From Candidatus Methylomirabilia bacterium (GTDB taxonomy: Bacteria > Methylomirabilota > Methylomirabilia > Rokubacteriales > CSP1-6): DNA of 64,000 bases. Positions 47,365-56,634 of the stretch are shown here, in pieces. The notes beneath the pieces are model-generated. The model was not told the origin of the DNA. It made no database searches and saw only the letters and a list, made by a program, of their open reading frames with translations. The stretch lies in contig JBGPTW010000007.1 of NCBI GenBank assembly GCA_041490825.1, positions 561 to 64,560 on the forward strand. The letters run 5' to 3'. Each line of letters starts with the position of its first letter. Within the stretch, counting starts at the first letter, position 1. Made by a program: the position numbers and the translations under genes.

Positions 47365-47985
47365 ATGGACGCGAACCTGACCGACCGGCTCGCTCACACG
47401 CGCTCAGCGCTGCTGATCGTCGACGTCCAGAACGACTACTGTCATCAGGATGGCGTGTTCGGACGCGCCGGCTTCGACATGTCGGCGATCCAGGCCGCGG
47501 CGGACCGGACCGCCGGCCTCATCGAGGCGGCACGCCGCATCGGCGTGCCCGTGGTGTTCGTGAGAACGCAGCACGATCACTGGACTGACTCGCCGACGTG
47601 GACGCGGCGAGACGTGCGGACGGCCGGCGTGATCTGCGCGACGGGGAGCTGGGGCGCCGAATTCTATCGCGTCGCTCCCGCGCCCGATGACTGCGTCGTC
47701 GTCAAGCATCGCTACAGCGCCTTCGTCGGGACGCGGCTCCCCGTGGTGCTCCGGACACTGAGCCGGGCGACGCTCCTCGTTGCGGGCATGACCACGAATG
47801 TGTGCGTCGAGTCCACCGTGCGCGACGCTTTCATGCGCGACTACGACGTCGTCCTCGTCGAGGACTGTGCGGCGGCGCTCACGAAAGCCGAGCACGAGAG
47901 CGCCGTGCACAACGTCCGGACCTACTTCGGCAGCGTGCTCGATTCCGTCACCATCGAAGGCGTCTGGCAGGCTGCCGCCCGGTGA
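47365..47985 (+). CDS. Isochorismatase-family cysteine hydrolase
   Basis: ALLIVDVQNDY ... catalytic C in TNVCVEST. Confidence 0.8.
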   Translation: MDANLTDRLAHTRSALLIVDVQNDYCHQDGVFGRAGFDMSAIQAAADRTAGLIEAARRIGVPVVFVRTQHDHWTDSPTWTRRDVRTAGVICATGSWGAEFYRVAPAPDDCVVVKHRYSAFVGTRLPVVLRTLSRATLLVAGMTTNVCVESTVRDAFMRDYDVVLVEDCAAALTKAEHESAVHNVRTYFGSVLDSVTIEGVWQAAAR

Positions 47986-48836
47986 GGTTCTGGACGATCC
48001 AGATCCTGAACGGGGTGTCGTTCGGGATGCTGCTGTTTCTCCTCGCGGCCGGGCTGTCGCTGATCTACGGCTTGATGCGCATCCTGAACCTCGCGCACGG
48101 GTCCTACTACATCCTCGGCGCCTACGTCGGGCTGTCCGTGATGCGCGCGACCGACAGCTTCGCCCTGGCGGCGGTGGCGGGCACGGCGGCCGGTACGCTC
48201 CTCGGTCTCGTCATGGATCGCTTCTTCCTCCGCCGGGTGCCACGCCACGAGCTGTCCCAGGCGCTGCTCACATTCGGCTTTCTCCTGATCATCGGTGACG
48301 CATCGCTGTGGATCTGGGGCGGCACGCCGCAGACGCTCCCGAAGCCCGAGATCTTCGAGCGCTCGATCCGGGTCGGGAGCCTGATCTTTCCGAGCTACCG
48401 CCTGTTCGTGCTTGCCACCGGCGCCGTGATCGGGCTGGCGCTCTGGTGGCTGCAGGAGAAAACCAAGCTCGGCGCGATGATTCGCGCAGGCATCGATGAC
48501 GCGGAGATGGCGCGTGGCACCGGCGTCAACGTGTCGCTCCTGTCGACCATCGTGTTCGCGCTCGGCGCTGCGCTGGCGGCGCTGGGGGGGATCATCGGCG
48601 GTCCGTTCGTCGGCGTCTATCCGGGCGCGGACTTTGAAATCTTGCTCCTGGCGTTCGTGGTCGTGATCGTCGGCGGGCTGGGCAGCCTGAAGGGCGCGTT
48701 TTTCGGCGGGCTGCTCATCGGGTTGCTCGACAACTTCGGCAAGGCGCTGTTTCCGCAGCTCGCGATGTTCACGATCTTCGCGCCCATGGCGATCATCCTG
48801 GCCATCCGGCCGACCGGGCTCTTCGGAGCTCGATGA
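47982..48836 (+). CDS. livH: Branched-chain amino-acid ABC permease
   Basis: GTG overlaps the upstream TGA (GTGA). The ORF track has 47802..48836. Confidence 0.8.
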   Translation: MRFWTIQILNGVSFGMLLFLLAAGLSLIYGLMRILNLAHGSYYILGAYVGLSVMRATDSFALAAVAGTAAGTLLGLVMDRFFLRRVPRHELSQALLTFGFLLIIGDASLWIWGGTPQTLPKPEIFERSIRVGSLIFPSYRLFVLATGAVIGLALWWLQEKTKLGAMIRAGIDDAEMARGTGVNVSLLSTIVFALGAALAALGGIIGGPFVGVYPGADFEILLLAFVVVIVGGLGSLKGAFFGGLLIGLLDNFGKALFPQLAMFTIFAPMAIILAIRPTGLFGAR

Positions 48837-49765
48837 AGCAGCGCGCGCTGGTCGCATGCGCGGGACTGGTCCTGATTGCGCTGCCGCTGCTGCTGTCGTC
48901 CTACCAGCTCGGCCTGCTGACGAAGATGCTGATCTTCGCGATCTTCGCCATGAGCCTGAACCTGGTGCTCGGCTACACCGGGCTGCCGTCGCTTGGCCAT
49001 GCCGCGTATTTCGGAATGGGCGCCTACACGGTCGGCTTGCTCGCCGTGCGCGTGGTGAACAACTTCTGGATCGACTTCGGCGCCGGGCTCGTCGCGGCGG
49101 CCGTGACCGGCGCGCTGTTCGGGCTGCTCGCGCTGCGCGCGCAGGGATCGTATCTGCTCATGATCACGCTCGCGCTCTCTCAGGTGCTCTGGGGCATCGC
49201 GTTCGGCTGGCGGCAGCTCACGGGCGGCGACGACGGGCTGCCCGGTGTTCCCCGTCCCGATCTGGGGCTGCCGTGGTCCCTGGCCGGCGGACTCGCGTTC
49301 TACTATTTCGTTCTCGTATTTTTTGCGCTGGTCGTCGGCGCGCTGTGGGTCTTGATCGGCTCGCCGTTCGGTCGCGCGCTCGTCGGCATCCGGGAGAGCG
49401 AGCGACGCATGGAAGTGCTCGGCTACGACGTCTGGCTCCACAAGTACGTCGCGTTCATTCTCGCCGGGCTCTTTGCTGGCCTCGCCGGCGGCCTGTTCGT
49501 TTACTACACGGGGTTCGTGAGCCCCGCGTATCTGTCGATCGTCTTCTCGGCGATGGCGCTGATCATGGTGATCCTCGGCGGCGCGGGAACACTTCTGGGC
49601 CCCGCGCTCGGGAGCGCCGCGATCGTGATCCTCGAGAACGTGATCAGCACGTACACCCAGCGATGGCTGCTGATCCTTGGACTGATCTATGTCGCCGTGA
49701 CGATCTTCGCGCCCGCCGGGCTCGTCGGCATCGTCCGGGGCCGGCTCGGGAGCCGCGCGGCGTGA
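48833..49765 (+). CDS. livM: Branched-chain amino-acid ABC permease
   Basis: 310 aa, multi-TM. Confidence 0.8.
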   Translation: MKQRALVACAGLVLIALPLLLSSYQLGLLTKMLIFAIFAMSLNLVLGYTGLPSLGHAAYFGMGAYTVGLLAVRVVNNFWIDFGAGLVAAAVTGALFGLLALRAQGSYLLMITLALSQVLWGIAFGWRQLTGGDDGLPGVPRPDLGLPWSLAGGLAFYYFVLVFFALVVGALWVLIGSPFGRALVGIRESERRMEVLGYDVWLHKYVAFILAGLFAGLAGGLFVYYTGFVSPAYLSIVFSAMALIMVILGGAGTLLGPALGSAAIVILENVISTYTQRWLLILGLIYVAVTIFAPAGLVGIVRGRLGSRAA

Positions 49766-50508
49766 CCGCGCTCGCGGTGGAGCGACTCGTCCACGATTTC
49801 GGTGGCCTGCGCGCGCTCGCGGGTGTCGACTTCGCGGTCGCGCGAGGTGAGCGCCTCACCATCCTGGGCCCGAACGGGGCGGGCAAGACGACGTTGTTCA
49901 ATCTCATCACGGGAATCTATCGAACGCAGGCCGGTCGCATCCGGCTCTTCGACCACGACGTGACCGCGCTCAAGCCGCACCGGCGCGCGCGGCTGGGGCT
50001 GGGACGCACGTTTCAGATCACCACGCTGTTTCCGGGGCTGTCCGTGCTGGACAGCGTGTTGCTCGCGGTGCAAGGCGCCGATGCCATCCGCTTCGCCTTG
50101 CACCGGCCGCTGACGGCGTATCCGCATCTCTTCGAGCGCGCGGAAACGTTGCTGGGCGAATGGGGCCTGCTCGACCGGCGCGACGTGCTGACGCGGCAGC
50201 TCTCCTACGGCGAGCAGCGGCAGGTCGAGCTGATCCTCGCACTCGCCGGCTCGCCGCGGGTCCTGTTGCTCGACGAGCCGACCGCCGGACTCTCGCCGGC
50301 GGAGACCGCCGCCGTCGCGTCGATGATCCGTCGCTTCTCTCGCGACATCACGGTGCTGCTGATCGAGCACGACATGGACGTCGCGCTGGAGCTGGCCGAT
50401 CGCGTGACGGTGCTCTACCAGGGCCGCGTGCTGGCTGCGGGCACGACCGAGGAGATCCGGAGAAACCGCCAAGTGGCCGAGATCTATCTGGGGACCGATG
50501 AAGGCTGA
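49762..50508 (+). CDS. livG: Branched-chain amino-acid ABC ATP-binding protein
   Basis: GTG overlaps the livM TGA. The GPNGAGKTT, LSYGEQRQ and LLLDEP motifs. Confidence 0.85.
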   Translation: MTALAVERLVHDFGGLRALAGVDFAVARGERLTILGPNGAGKTTLFNLITGIYRTQAGRIRLFDHDVTALKPHRRARLGLGRTFQITTLFPGLSVLDSVLLAVQGADAIRFALHRPLTAYPHLFERAETLLGEWGLLDRRDVLTRQLSYGEQRQVELILALAGSPRVLLLDEPTAGLSPAETAAVASMIRRFSRDITVLLIEHDMDVALELADRVTVLYQGRVLAAGTTEEIRRNRQVAEIYLGTDEG

Positions 50509-50509
50509 C

Positions 50510-50545
50510 GCCTGTGAGTGCTGACGCCTGTGAGGGCTGACGCCC
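50510..50545. repeat. 16-bp tandem repeat x3 (CTGACGCCTGTGAGKG) inside the livG-livF spacer. Same family as 13430-13524
   Basis: Read in sequence. Confidence 0.6.
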
Positions 50546-51241
50546 GTGCTTGATGTCCGCGATATCCACACGAGCTACGGCGAGAGCTACATCCTGCAAG
50601 GCGTGTCGCTCACCGTCGGCGCCGGCCAGGTCGTGTCGGTGCTCGGCCGGAACGGCGTCGGCAAGACCACGCTCATGCGCTCGATCATCGGCTTCACACC
50701 GCCGCATCGCGGGCACGTCGTGCTGAACGGCGAAGACATCACCCGTCTCCCGACGCATCAGATCGTCCGGCGCGGCATCGGTCTGGTTCCGCAGGGCCGG
50801 CGCGTCTTCCCGTCGCTCGACGTGCAGGAGCATCTCCTCATCGGGGAGCGTCGCGCCGGGACCTCACGCTGGGAGATCGACAAGATCCTGGACCTGTTCC
50901 CGCGGCTGCGCGAGCGGTTGCATCAAGGCGCGGGCAAGCTGTCCGGCGGCGAGCAGCAGATGCTTGCGTGCGGGCGCGCGCTGGTCGGCAATCCCAGAAT
51001 TCTATTGATGGACGAGCCGTCCGAAGGGCTCGCGCCACTCCTGGTCCGCGAGCTCGGCCGCATTCTCGCGGAGTTGAAGGCGCGCGGTACGTCGATCCTT
51101 CTGGTCGAGCAGAACCTCGCGTTCGCGCTCCGCGTCGCCGACCGCGTGTATCTGATGTCGAAAGGCCGGATCGTGCACGAGACGGCGCCCGACGATCTCC
51201 GCCGCGACGAAGCTGCCAAGTCGCGGTGGCTGGGAGTGTGA
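50546..51241 (+). CDS. livF: Branched-chain amino-acid ABC ATP-binding protein
   Basis: GTG start. The GRNGVGKTT and LSGGEQQM motifs. Confidence 0.85.
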   Translation: MLDVRDIHTSYGESYILQGVSLTVGAGQVVSVLGRNGVGKTTLMRSIIGFTPPHRGHVVLNGEDITRLPTHQIVRRGIGLVPQGRRVFPSLDVQEHLLIGERRAGTSRWEIDKILDLFPRLRERLHQGAGKLSGGEQQMLACGRALVGNPRILLMDEPSEGLAPLLVRELGRILAELKARGTSILLVEQNLAFALRVADRVYLMSKGRIVHETAPDDLRRDEAAKSRWLGV

Positions 51242-51323
51242 GCCTGATCTGACGCGGCCGGAAGCCGTTGACAATGCCCCGAAACGCCGGTACGGTTCGG
51301 GAAATCCGATCGGAAAAGGGGTA

Positions 51324-52364
51324 TTGTCGCTGGCCCGCCTGTCACGTCCCATAGGCATCCTGGACGAGCACCCCGAGTGGTCGAGCCGGCTCATGGCGGA
51401 GCTCGAGAACCGCCGGCTTCCGTTCGAGAAGATCGACCACTCCAGCCACGCGTTCGATCCGCGTGATCGGCAGCCGCGCTATTCGGTGATCGTGAATCGT
51501 TCGAGCCCGTCGTCCCACATGCGCGGCCACGGCAACGTCCTCTTCTACGCGGAGGCGGTGCTCAGCCATTACGGGTCCCTCGGGGTGCCCGTCATCAATC
51601 CCGTCGCCGCGTACCGGTTCGAGAAGTCGAAGGCCTTGCAGCTCGAGCTGTTCGAGCGCCTCGGCGTGCCCTATCCGCGCGCCGTCGTCGTCAGCCATCG
51701 CGACCAGGTGTGGAAGACACTCGATCGGATCCGGTTTCCTCTCGTCATCAAGCCGAACGTCGGCGGCTCCGGCGCCGGCATCGTGCGCTTCGAGTCGCGC
51801 GCGGAACTGGAAGCCAGGCTCGATACCGTGAGCTTTGGCCCCGACTACACCGCGCTGGTTCAGGAGTACGTGGAGCCCCGAGACGGCGCCATCGTTCGCG
51901 TGGAAATCCTGGATGGACGATATCTCTACGCGATCCGTATCGTGCGCAATGCGGCCGCCGACTTCAATCTGTGCCCCGCCGACATCTGCCAGGTGCCGGG
52001 CGCGTCGGCGGCGGTGCCAGCATCGTCCGCAGCGTCAGACCTGTCGGCGTGCCCGGTGGACCCGCGACCGGCCATGACCGTGACGCGTTTCGAGCCGCCC
52101 GCGGATGTCGTCGACACCGCGATCCGGTTGACGCGCGCGGCGTCGATCGACATCGGCGGCGTCGAGTACCTCGTCGGCAAGAACGACGGGCGCACGTACT
52201 TTTACGACGTCAACGCCACGTCGAACTTCGTTGCGAACGCGCGGGCGGTGCTCGGCTTCGACCCGACGCCGATGTTCGTGGACTACATCGTGGCGGTGGC
52301 CACCGGCGCCGGATCTCCGACCGCACATCGCGTCGAGACGCCCGCGGTCAGCGCCGCGTCCTAG
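51324..52364 (+). CDS. ATP-grasp domain protein (RimK / glutamate-ligase-like)
   Basis: 346 aa, ...VIKPNVGGSGAGI. Confidence 0.65.
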   Translation: MSLARLSRPIGILDEHPEWSSRLMAELENRRLPFEKIDHSSHAFDPRDRQPRYSVIVNRSSPSSHMRGHGNVLFYAEAVLSHYGSLGVPVINPVAAYRFEKSKALQLELFERLGVPYPRAVVVSHRDQVWKTLDRIRFPLVIKPNVGGSGAGIVRFESRAELEARLDTVSFGPDYTALVQEYVEPRDGAIVRVEILDGRYLYAIRIVRNAAADFNLCPADICQVPGASAAVPASSAASDLSACPVDPRPAMTVTRFEPPADVVDTAIRLTRAASIDIGGVEYLVGKNDGRTYFYDVNATSNFVANARAVLGFDPTPMFVDYIVAVATGAGSPTAHRVETPAVSAAS

Positions 52365-52431
52365 CATTTTCCCTCCCGGCCGATTTGGGCTATCGTTGGC
52401 GGCGCCCATGGCTGACGATCGCGAAATTCTC

Positions 52432-52558
52432 ACGGGAGCGACCATGCCCCCCTCGGGAGCGACCGTGCTCCCCCCGGGAGCGAGTATCGAGGCGCGCCAC
52501 AGCTTTGCTGGGGTGCGCCGAGGGTATGGGGGTCTGGGGGCCTTCGAGGCCCCCAGCT
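52432..52558. repeat. Intergenic repeats: a 21-bp unit (GGGAGCGACCRTGCYCCCCCC), two full copies and a partial third, plus a REP-like GGGGGCC-stem hairpin (gtatgggggtctgggggccttcgaggcccccag) identical to 13559-13590
   Basis: Read in sequence. Confidence 0.5.
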
Positions 52559-52626
52559 CACCGAGCGCCATTCACGCCCGCTCGCGTGCGATCCGCGCTC
52601 GCGACGCGAGGCGCCACGAGGCCCGC

Positions 52627-53445
52627 ATGAACTCGATCAACCGGCGACGATTTCTCTCGATGGCCGCGATGGCGGCCATGCTCTTTCGCTCCCGCAACGC
52701 GTTGGCGCAGGCGGGACCGGCCTCGGCAGGACCGGCCGATCCCAAGCTGATCGAGGACCTGGTGGCCGCGAACCACATCCTCGTGGACCAGGGCGTCGTC
52801 GATGGCTACGGCCACGTGAGTGTGCGCCATGATCGCGATGCGAACCGCTACCTGATGTCCCGCTCGATCGCGCCGGAGCTGGTCACCGCGACCGACATCA
52901 TGGAGTACGACCTCGACAGCAACGCCGTGGACCCGAAAGGTCGCACGACCTATCTCGAGCGCTTCATCCACGGCGAGATCTACAAGGTGCGCCCCGACGT
53001 GAAGGCGATCGTCCACAACCATTCGCCGTCGGTGATTCCGTTCGGCGTGACCGGCGCCGAGCTGAAGCCGCTCTATCACATGAGCGCGTTCCTCGGCGGC
53101 GGCGTGCCGGTGTTCGACATCCGCGCTGCGACGGGCCAGGACACCGACATGCTGGTACGCAATCCCGCGATCGGCAAGGCGCTGGCCGCGAAGCTCGGCG
53201 CCGCGCCCGTCGCGCTGATGCGTGGCCACGGCGCCGTCGTCGTTGGCGCGGCGCTGCCGCAAGCGGTGTTCCGGAGCGTGTACACGGAGGTCAACGCGAA
53301 GCTTCAGGCGCAGGCGATGGCGCTCGGCGGCGGGAACGTCACGTACCTCGATGCCGACGAGGCGAAGAAGGCCGAGGCCTCCGTCGGCGGAACGATCGCG
53401 CGGCCCTGGGAGCTCTGGAAGAAGAAAGCGCTCGGGGGTCGGTAG
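52627..53445 (+). CDS. Class II aldolase/adducin family protein with a Tat-type signal (MNSINRRRFLSMAAMAAMLF)
   Basis: Internal ATG of ORF 52231..53445. Confidence 0.65.
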   Translation: MNSINRRRFLSMAAMAAMLFRSRNALAQAGPASAGPADPKLIEDLVAANHILVDQGVVDGYGHVSVRHDRDANRYLMSRSIAPELVTATDIMEYDLDSNAVDPKGRTTYLERFIHGEIYKVRPDVKAIVHNHSPSVIPFGVTGAELKPLYHMSAFLGGGVPVFDIRAATGQDTDMLVRNPAIGKALAAKLGAAPVALMRGHGAVVVGAALPQAVFRSVYTEVNAKLQAQAMALGGGNVTYLDADEAKKAEASVGGTIARPWELWKKKALGGR

Positions 53446-53474
53446 CGTCCTACGTCAGAATTTCGTCACCACCC

Positions 53475-53620
53475 GCGATCGACGGCCGGGCTTGCTCTCC
53501 TCAGACCCGCAATCCACTTCGCTGATACGGCTCTCGTTAGGGCCACGAGTTCGCTACGCGCGCTTCAGTCGGTCCGCAGAAGCCACGGGTCTGAGGAGAG
53601 CAAGCCCGGCCGTCGATCGC
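53475..53620. repeat. Palindrome-embedded repeat element: 34-bp perfect inverted-repeat arms flanking a conserved 78-bp core
   Basis: Arms 53475-53508 / 53587-53620. It starts 30 nt after the aldolase stop. The core ...ggctctcgttagggccacgag...gcttcagtcggtccgcagaagccac is shared with 17209-17670. Confidence 0.7.
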
Positions 53621-53748
53621 TTCCGTGATAGCACGTCTGACGTAGCCCGTAGCGCCACCGCAGAATGACTTTGGCTAGCGCGGCGTTTTGGGTCGCGCGG
53701 CCGGCCGGACCGGTTGACTTTCGGGCCTAAAAGTCGTCTACTGACTGA

Positions 53749-54159
53749 GTGGTGGCCGACGACCGAGACCTGGATCTCGCTGCTGCGTTGGGCGCAGAGC
53801 GCGAGGCCTCGACTCAGATCCTCTCACTCTACATTCCGAACAAGGACCGCCACGGTCGGCCGATCAGGACAGCCCGGTGGATTCGAGAGGCGCAGGAGAT
53901 CCTGACCAAGATTGGAGAAGGCTACACCACGACCCCGCCTCACGACGGCGGCTGGGAAACCGGGAGCGGACAGCTCCGACGCGAGAGAACCGTAATCGTG
54001 TACACGTATATCAAGCCAGAGCGGTTTCTCGCGCACGTCGGCGCGCTTCGTGAGTTTCTGCACCGTTTCGGTCGGGAGACGAACCAGGAAGTTGTCGTGG
54101 CCGAACTGAGCGGTGCTGAGGGTTCTTGGTTCTTCCGCATCAAAGAGTACGACGAATGA
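53749..54159 (+). CDS. Hypothetical protein (136 aa), first gene of an unknown pair
   Basis: GTG start. No recognisable domain. Confidence 0.4.
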   Translation: MVADDRDLDLAAALGAEREASTQILSLYIPNKDRHGRPIRTARWIREAQEILTKIGEGYTTTPPHDGGWETGSGQLRRERTVIVYTYIKPERFLAHVGALREFLHRFGRETNQEVVVAELSGAEGSWFFRIKEYDE

Positions 54160-54170
54160 CGGAGGCACGC

Positions 54171-54596
54171 ATGGCAGCCAAATTCAAAATCACGAGCCGT
54201 TCCGCTGGCGCGATTCGGCATGCGGGGATTGCCGCCCGGTCAGTGGGTCCCGAGGCGATCGCTAAAGCGCTCGGCGCCGCCGAGATCGTACCCAGGGGAA
54301 GTGTTCACGGCGCCCCGATCAGCCTGCACGCCTTGCGGCGAGAGCTGGAGAGCAGGGTTCGCTCAACGGGCGGGCGGCCGGCCCTCGAAGGAGCAACCAA
54401 GATCCAGAAGATTCCGCTGAAGCCTGAGGATTGGTCGCGGCTCGAAGAGCTAGCCGACGAGCTTGCGCGGCAAGGCGTCTCGGCGACAGCCGGCCAAGTC
54501 GCAAGCGTCATGGTGCACAGCCAACTGGAGCGCCTTGCACCATCGGCTACGCGGCAGGCCGGGATTGGCTCATCACGCTCATCATCTGGGCGGTAG
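54171..54596 (+). CDS. Hypothetical protein with a C-terminal ribbon-helix-helix-like segment
   Basis: ATG 5 nt after GGAGG and 12 nt after the upstream stop. ...TKIQKIPLKPEDWSRLEELADELARQGVSATAGQVASVMVHSQLERL. Confidence 0.4.
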   Translation: MAAKFKITSRSAGAIRHAGIAARSVGPEAIAKALGAAEIVPRGSVHGAPISLHALRRELESRVRSTGGRPALEGATKIQKIPLKPEDWSRLEELADELARQGVSATAGQVASVMVHSQLERLAPSATRQAGIGSSRSSSGR

Positions 54597-54851
54597 GATG
54601 TTCCGTCTGGATGTCTCTCTACGATTGGGCGCTGGACCGACTTGGGAGGGCTCGCGGATGGTGGCCGAGATGAAAGGCGTTTGCCGTATCGGGCTCGCTC
54701 TCCTCTGCTGCCTGCTCGCCTTCGCCGGGTCGGCTTCCGCCGAGCGCGCGTGGGTGCTGTGATGCCAGAACCGTCTCGCCAACGGATTACGGTTGGGGAG
54801 ATGGCTGAACACCTTGTAGGTTTTATCGGACAGGACACTGAGAAATTCGAA

Positions 54852-54885
54852 TGGTGGCCCCAACGGGATTCGAACCCGTGTTTGA
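54852..54885 (-). other. tRNA 3'-end fragment (T-arm, acceptor 3' strand and CCA: acgggttcgaatcccgttggggccacca). No complete cloverleaf; att-site-like remnant
   Basis: Read in sequence. No complementary 5' acceptor strand or anticodon arm upstream. Confidence 0.5.
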
Positions 54886-55379
54886 GTCGCGACCACGTTT
54901 TCGCTGAAAGTGATCGCATGTTGCGCGCTGTTTAGTTCCGAAAAAATCGGCGCGACTGAAACACGACCCACGGCGAGACAAGAATCGCCGGCACGCGAAA
55001 GCCAAGCCGTACGATCACACCTCGCTTCTTGCGACGGTGAAGAAACTCTTCAAGCTGCCGGACTTCCTCACGCGCGTGTTGGCGACGAGCGCAAAGCTCG
55101 CGCGTTGGCCGACCTTGAAGCGCACCTCGATCGCAGTCGGCTGGCCCGCGAAGATACGCTGCGCCGAGCATCGCTGCCCGAACCCGAGCGCCGCTGGCTC
55201 GTCGAGCATCGCCCCGAAGCCGCCAAGCACTGGAACCTCCTGACGGACTGGACCGCAGATGCCCTCCGCTACACCGCCTGAATTACCAAATCCGTGGGCC
55301 TGCTGACGGACCCCGCGAGCAGGCGGCGGGTCAAGGGTCGCCGAAGGCGACGAGCGGAGCGAGATCTACTGGCGGATAT

Positions 55380-55566
55380 GTCTTTTTATCAACATTATTA
55401 GTGCCTTATGGGAGACCTGCCTATCTGATGTTGTTCATGTTTGACACATGTTCACGTTTGGTGTACATGAGAATTAACTGAACATAAATTGTGGTCGTTC
55501 ATAACTTCATGATGTTCACGTAACGTGAACATGTATATAAAATGAACAGATGGTAAGGACTAAGCC
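55380..55566 (+). promoter_or_regulatory. Markedly AT-rich promoter/operator region with palindromes (TGTTCACG-TAA-CGTGAACA; CATGT-N5-ACATG; repeated TGTTCA/TGAACA half-sites)
   Basis: Read in sequence immediately upstream of the ATG at 55567. Confidence 0.4.
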
Positions 55567-56634
55567 ATGGCCCCACGAACAGAGCCGCATAAGCGAGACC
55601 TGAGACTCTTGGATGACGCCCTCGGCGCGTTAACGCGTACAACTGGGCTTAAAGCGACCGTTACCGCCCGCGAGCCCACACGCGCAACAGCCGCACGCGC
55701 CGGCGCGATGATTGAGATCCACGCGAATGGCAAGCGCTTCCCGTTCTTTGCCGAAGTCAAGGCTGTGGATCGCGTCGTCGCGCTTGCGACCATCAAGAAC
55801 CAGTTCGGAAAGCACGCCAAGCGGGGCGTGCTTGTCACGCCCTACCTCACGGCGGAGCTTGCCGATCACTGCCGCAAGGAACTCGACCTTCACTTCATCG
55901 ACACTGCCGGCAACGCGTACCTGCGAGCGCCAGGCCTCTACGTCTTTGTCCGTGGGGAGCGCCCGCCAACCACAGCGATGGCCATGGGCACTCGTGGCGG
56001 CGGCACCGCGACCGCACTCCGGGTCGTCTTCGCCCTGCTCTGCAAACCCGAGCTCCTCAACGCGCCATATAGAAACATTGTTGAAGTCGCCGACGTCGCC
56101 CTGGGTGCAGTCGGTTGCGTCTTCTTCGATCTCCAGGGCCGAGGTTACATTGCAGGAGGGTTACGGAAGCGCAACCGCCGCTTACTGGAGCCTGATCGCC
56201 TCCTTGACGAATGGGTCACCAATTTCCCTGTCAAACTGCGTCCGAAGCTCAATCCACGCCGTTTTCAGGCTCCTGACCCAGGGTGGTGGGAACAAGCGCG
56301 GCTCGATCGCGGCGCGCGCTGGGGAGGCGAAATCGCCGCAGCAAAACTAACCGGCCATCTCAAGCCGGCGACTTACACGATCTACTTAGACAGACACAGC
56401 GCTGCCGAGACTATCGCCACACTCGTGAAGCAACACCGGCTGCGTGCTGATCCCCGCGGCAACGTCGAGATTCTCGACGCATTTTGGACTTTCCATCTCG
56501 AGGGCACTCAGCTAGACGTTGTTCCGCCACTTCTCGTCTATGCGGATCTCATGGCCACTCTCGATCCGCGCAACCTCGAAGTCGCAAAGCAAGTCCGCGA
56601 ACAGTACATCAAGCATGCTCTCCGTCCCGTCTGA
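55567..56634 (+). CDS. Hypothetical protein, upstream partner of a nucleotidyltransferase (possible AbiEi-like antitoxin or regulator)
   Basis: 355 aa. Its 3' end overlaps the downstream gene by 20 nt. Partner-based inference only. Confidence 0.35.
   Translation: MAPRTEPHKRDLRLLDDALGALTRTTGLKATVTAREPTRATAARAGAMIEIHANGKRFPFFAEVKAVDRVVALATIKNQFGKHAKRGVLVTPYLTAELADHCRKELDLHFIDTAGNAYLRAPGLYVFVRGERPPTTAMAMGTRGGGTATALRVVFALLCKPELLNAPYRNIVEVADVALGAVGCVFFDLQGRGYIAGGLRKRNRRLLEPDRLLDEWVTNFPVKLRPKLNPRRFQAPDPGWWEQARLDRGARWGGEIAAAKLTGHLKPATYTIYLDRHSAAETIATLVKQHRLRADPRGNVEILDAFWTFHLEGTQLDVVPPLLVYADLMATLDPRNLEVAKQVREQYIKHALRPV

Noticed and set aside
54780-54960. Complete tRNA gene
   Set aside because: Only the T-arm, acceptor 3' strand and CCA are present. 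The upstream sequence cannot form the acceptor 5' strand, D arm or anticodon arm. It is kept as a fragment.
54642-55281. ORFs 54642..54935 and 54910..55281 around the tRNA fragment
   Set aside because: Overlapping frames with no RBS crossing the tRNA remnant. Possibly decayed island genes, but there is no support for calling them.
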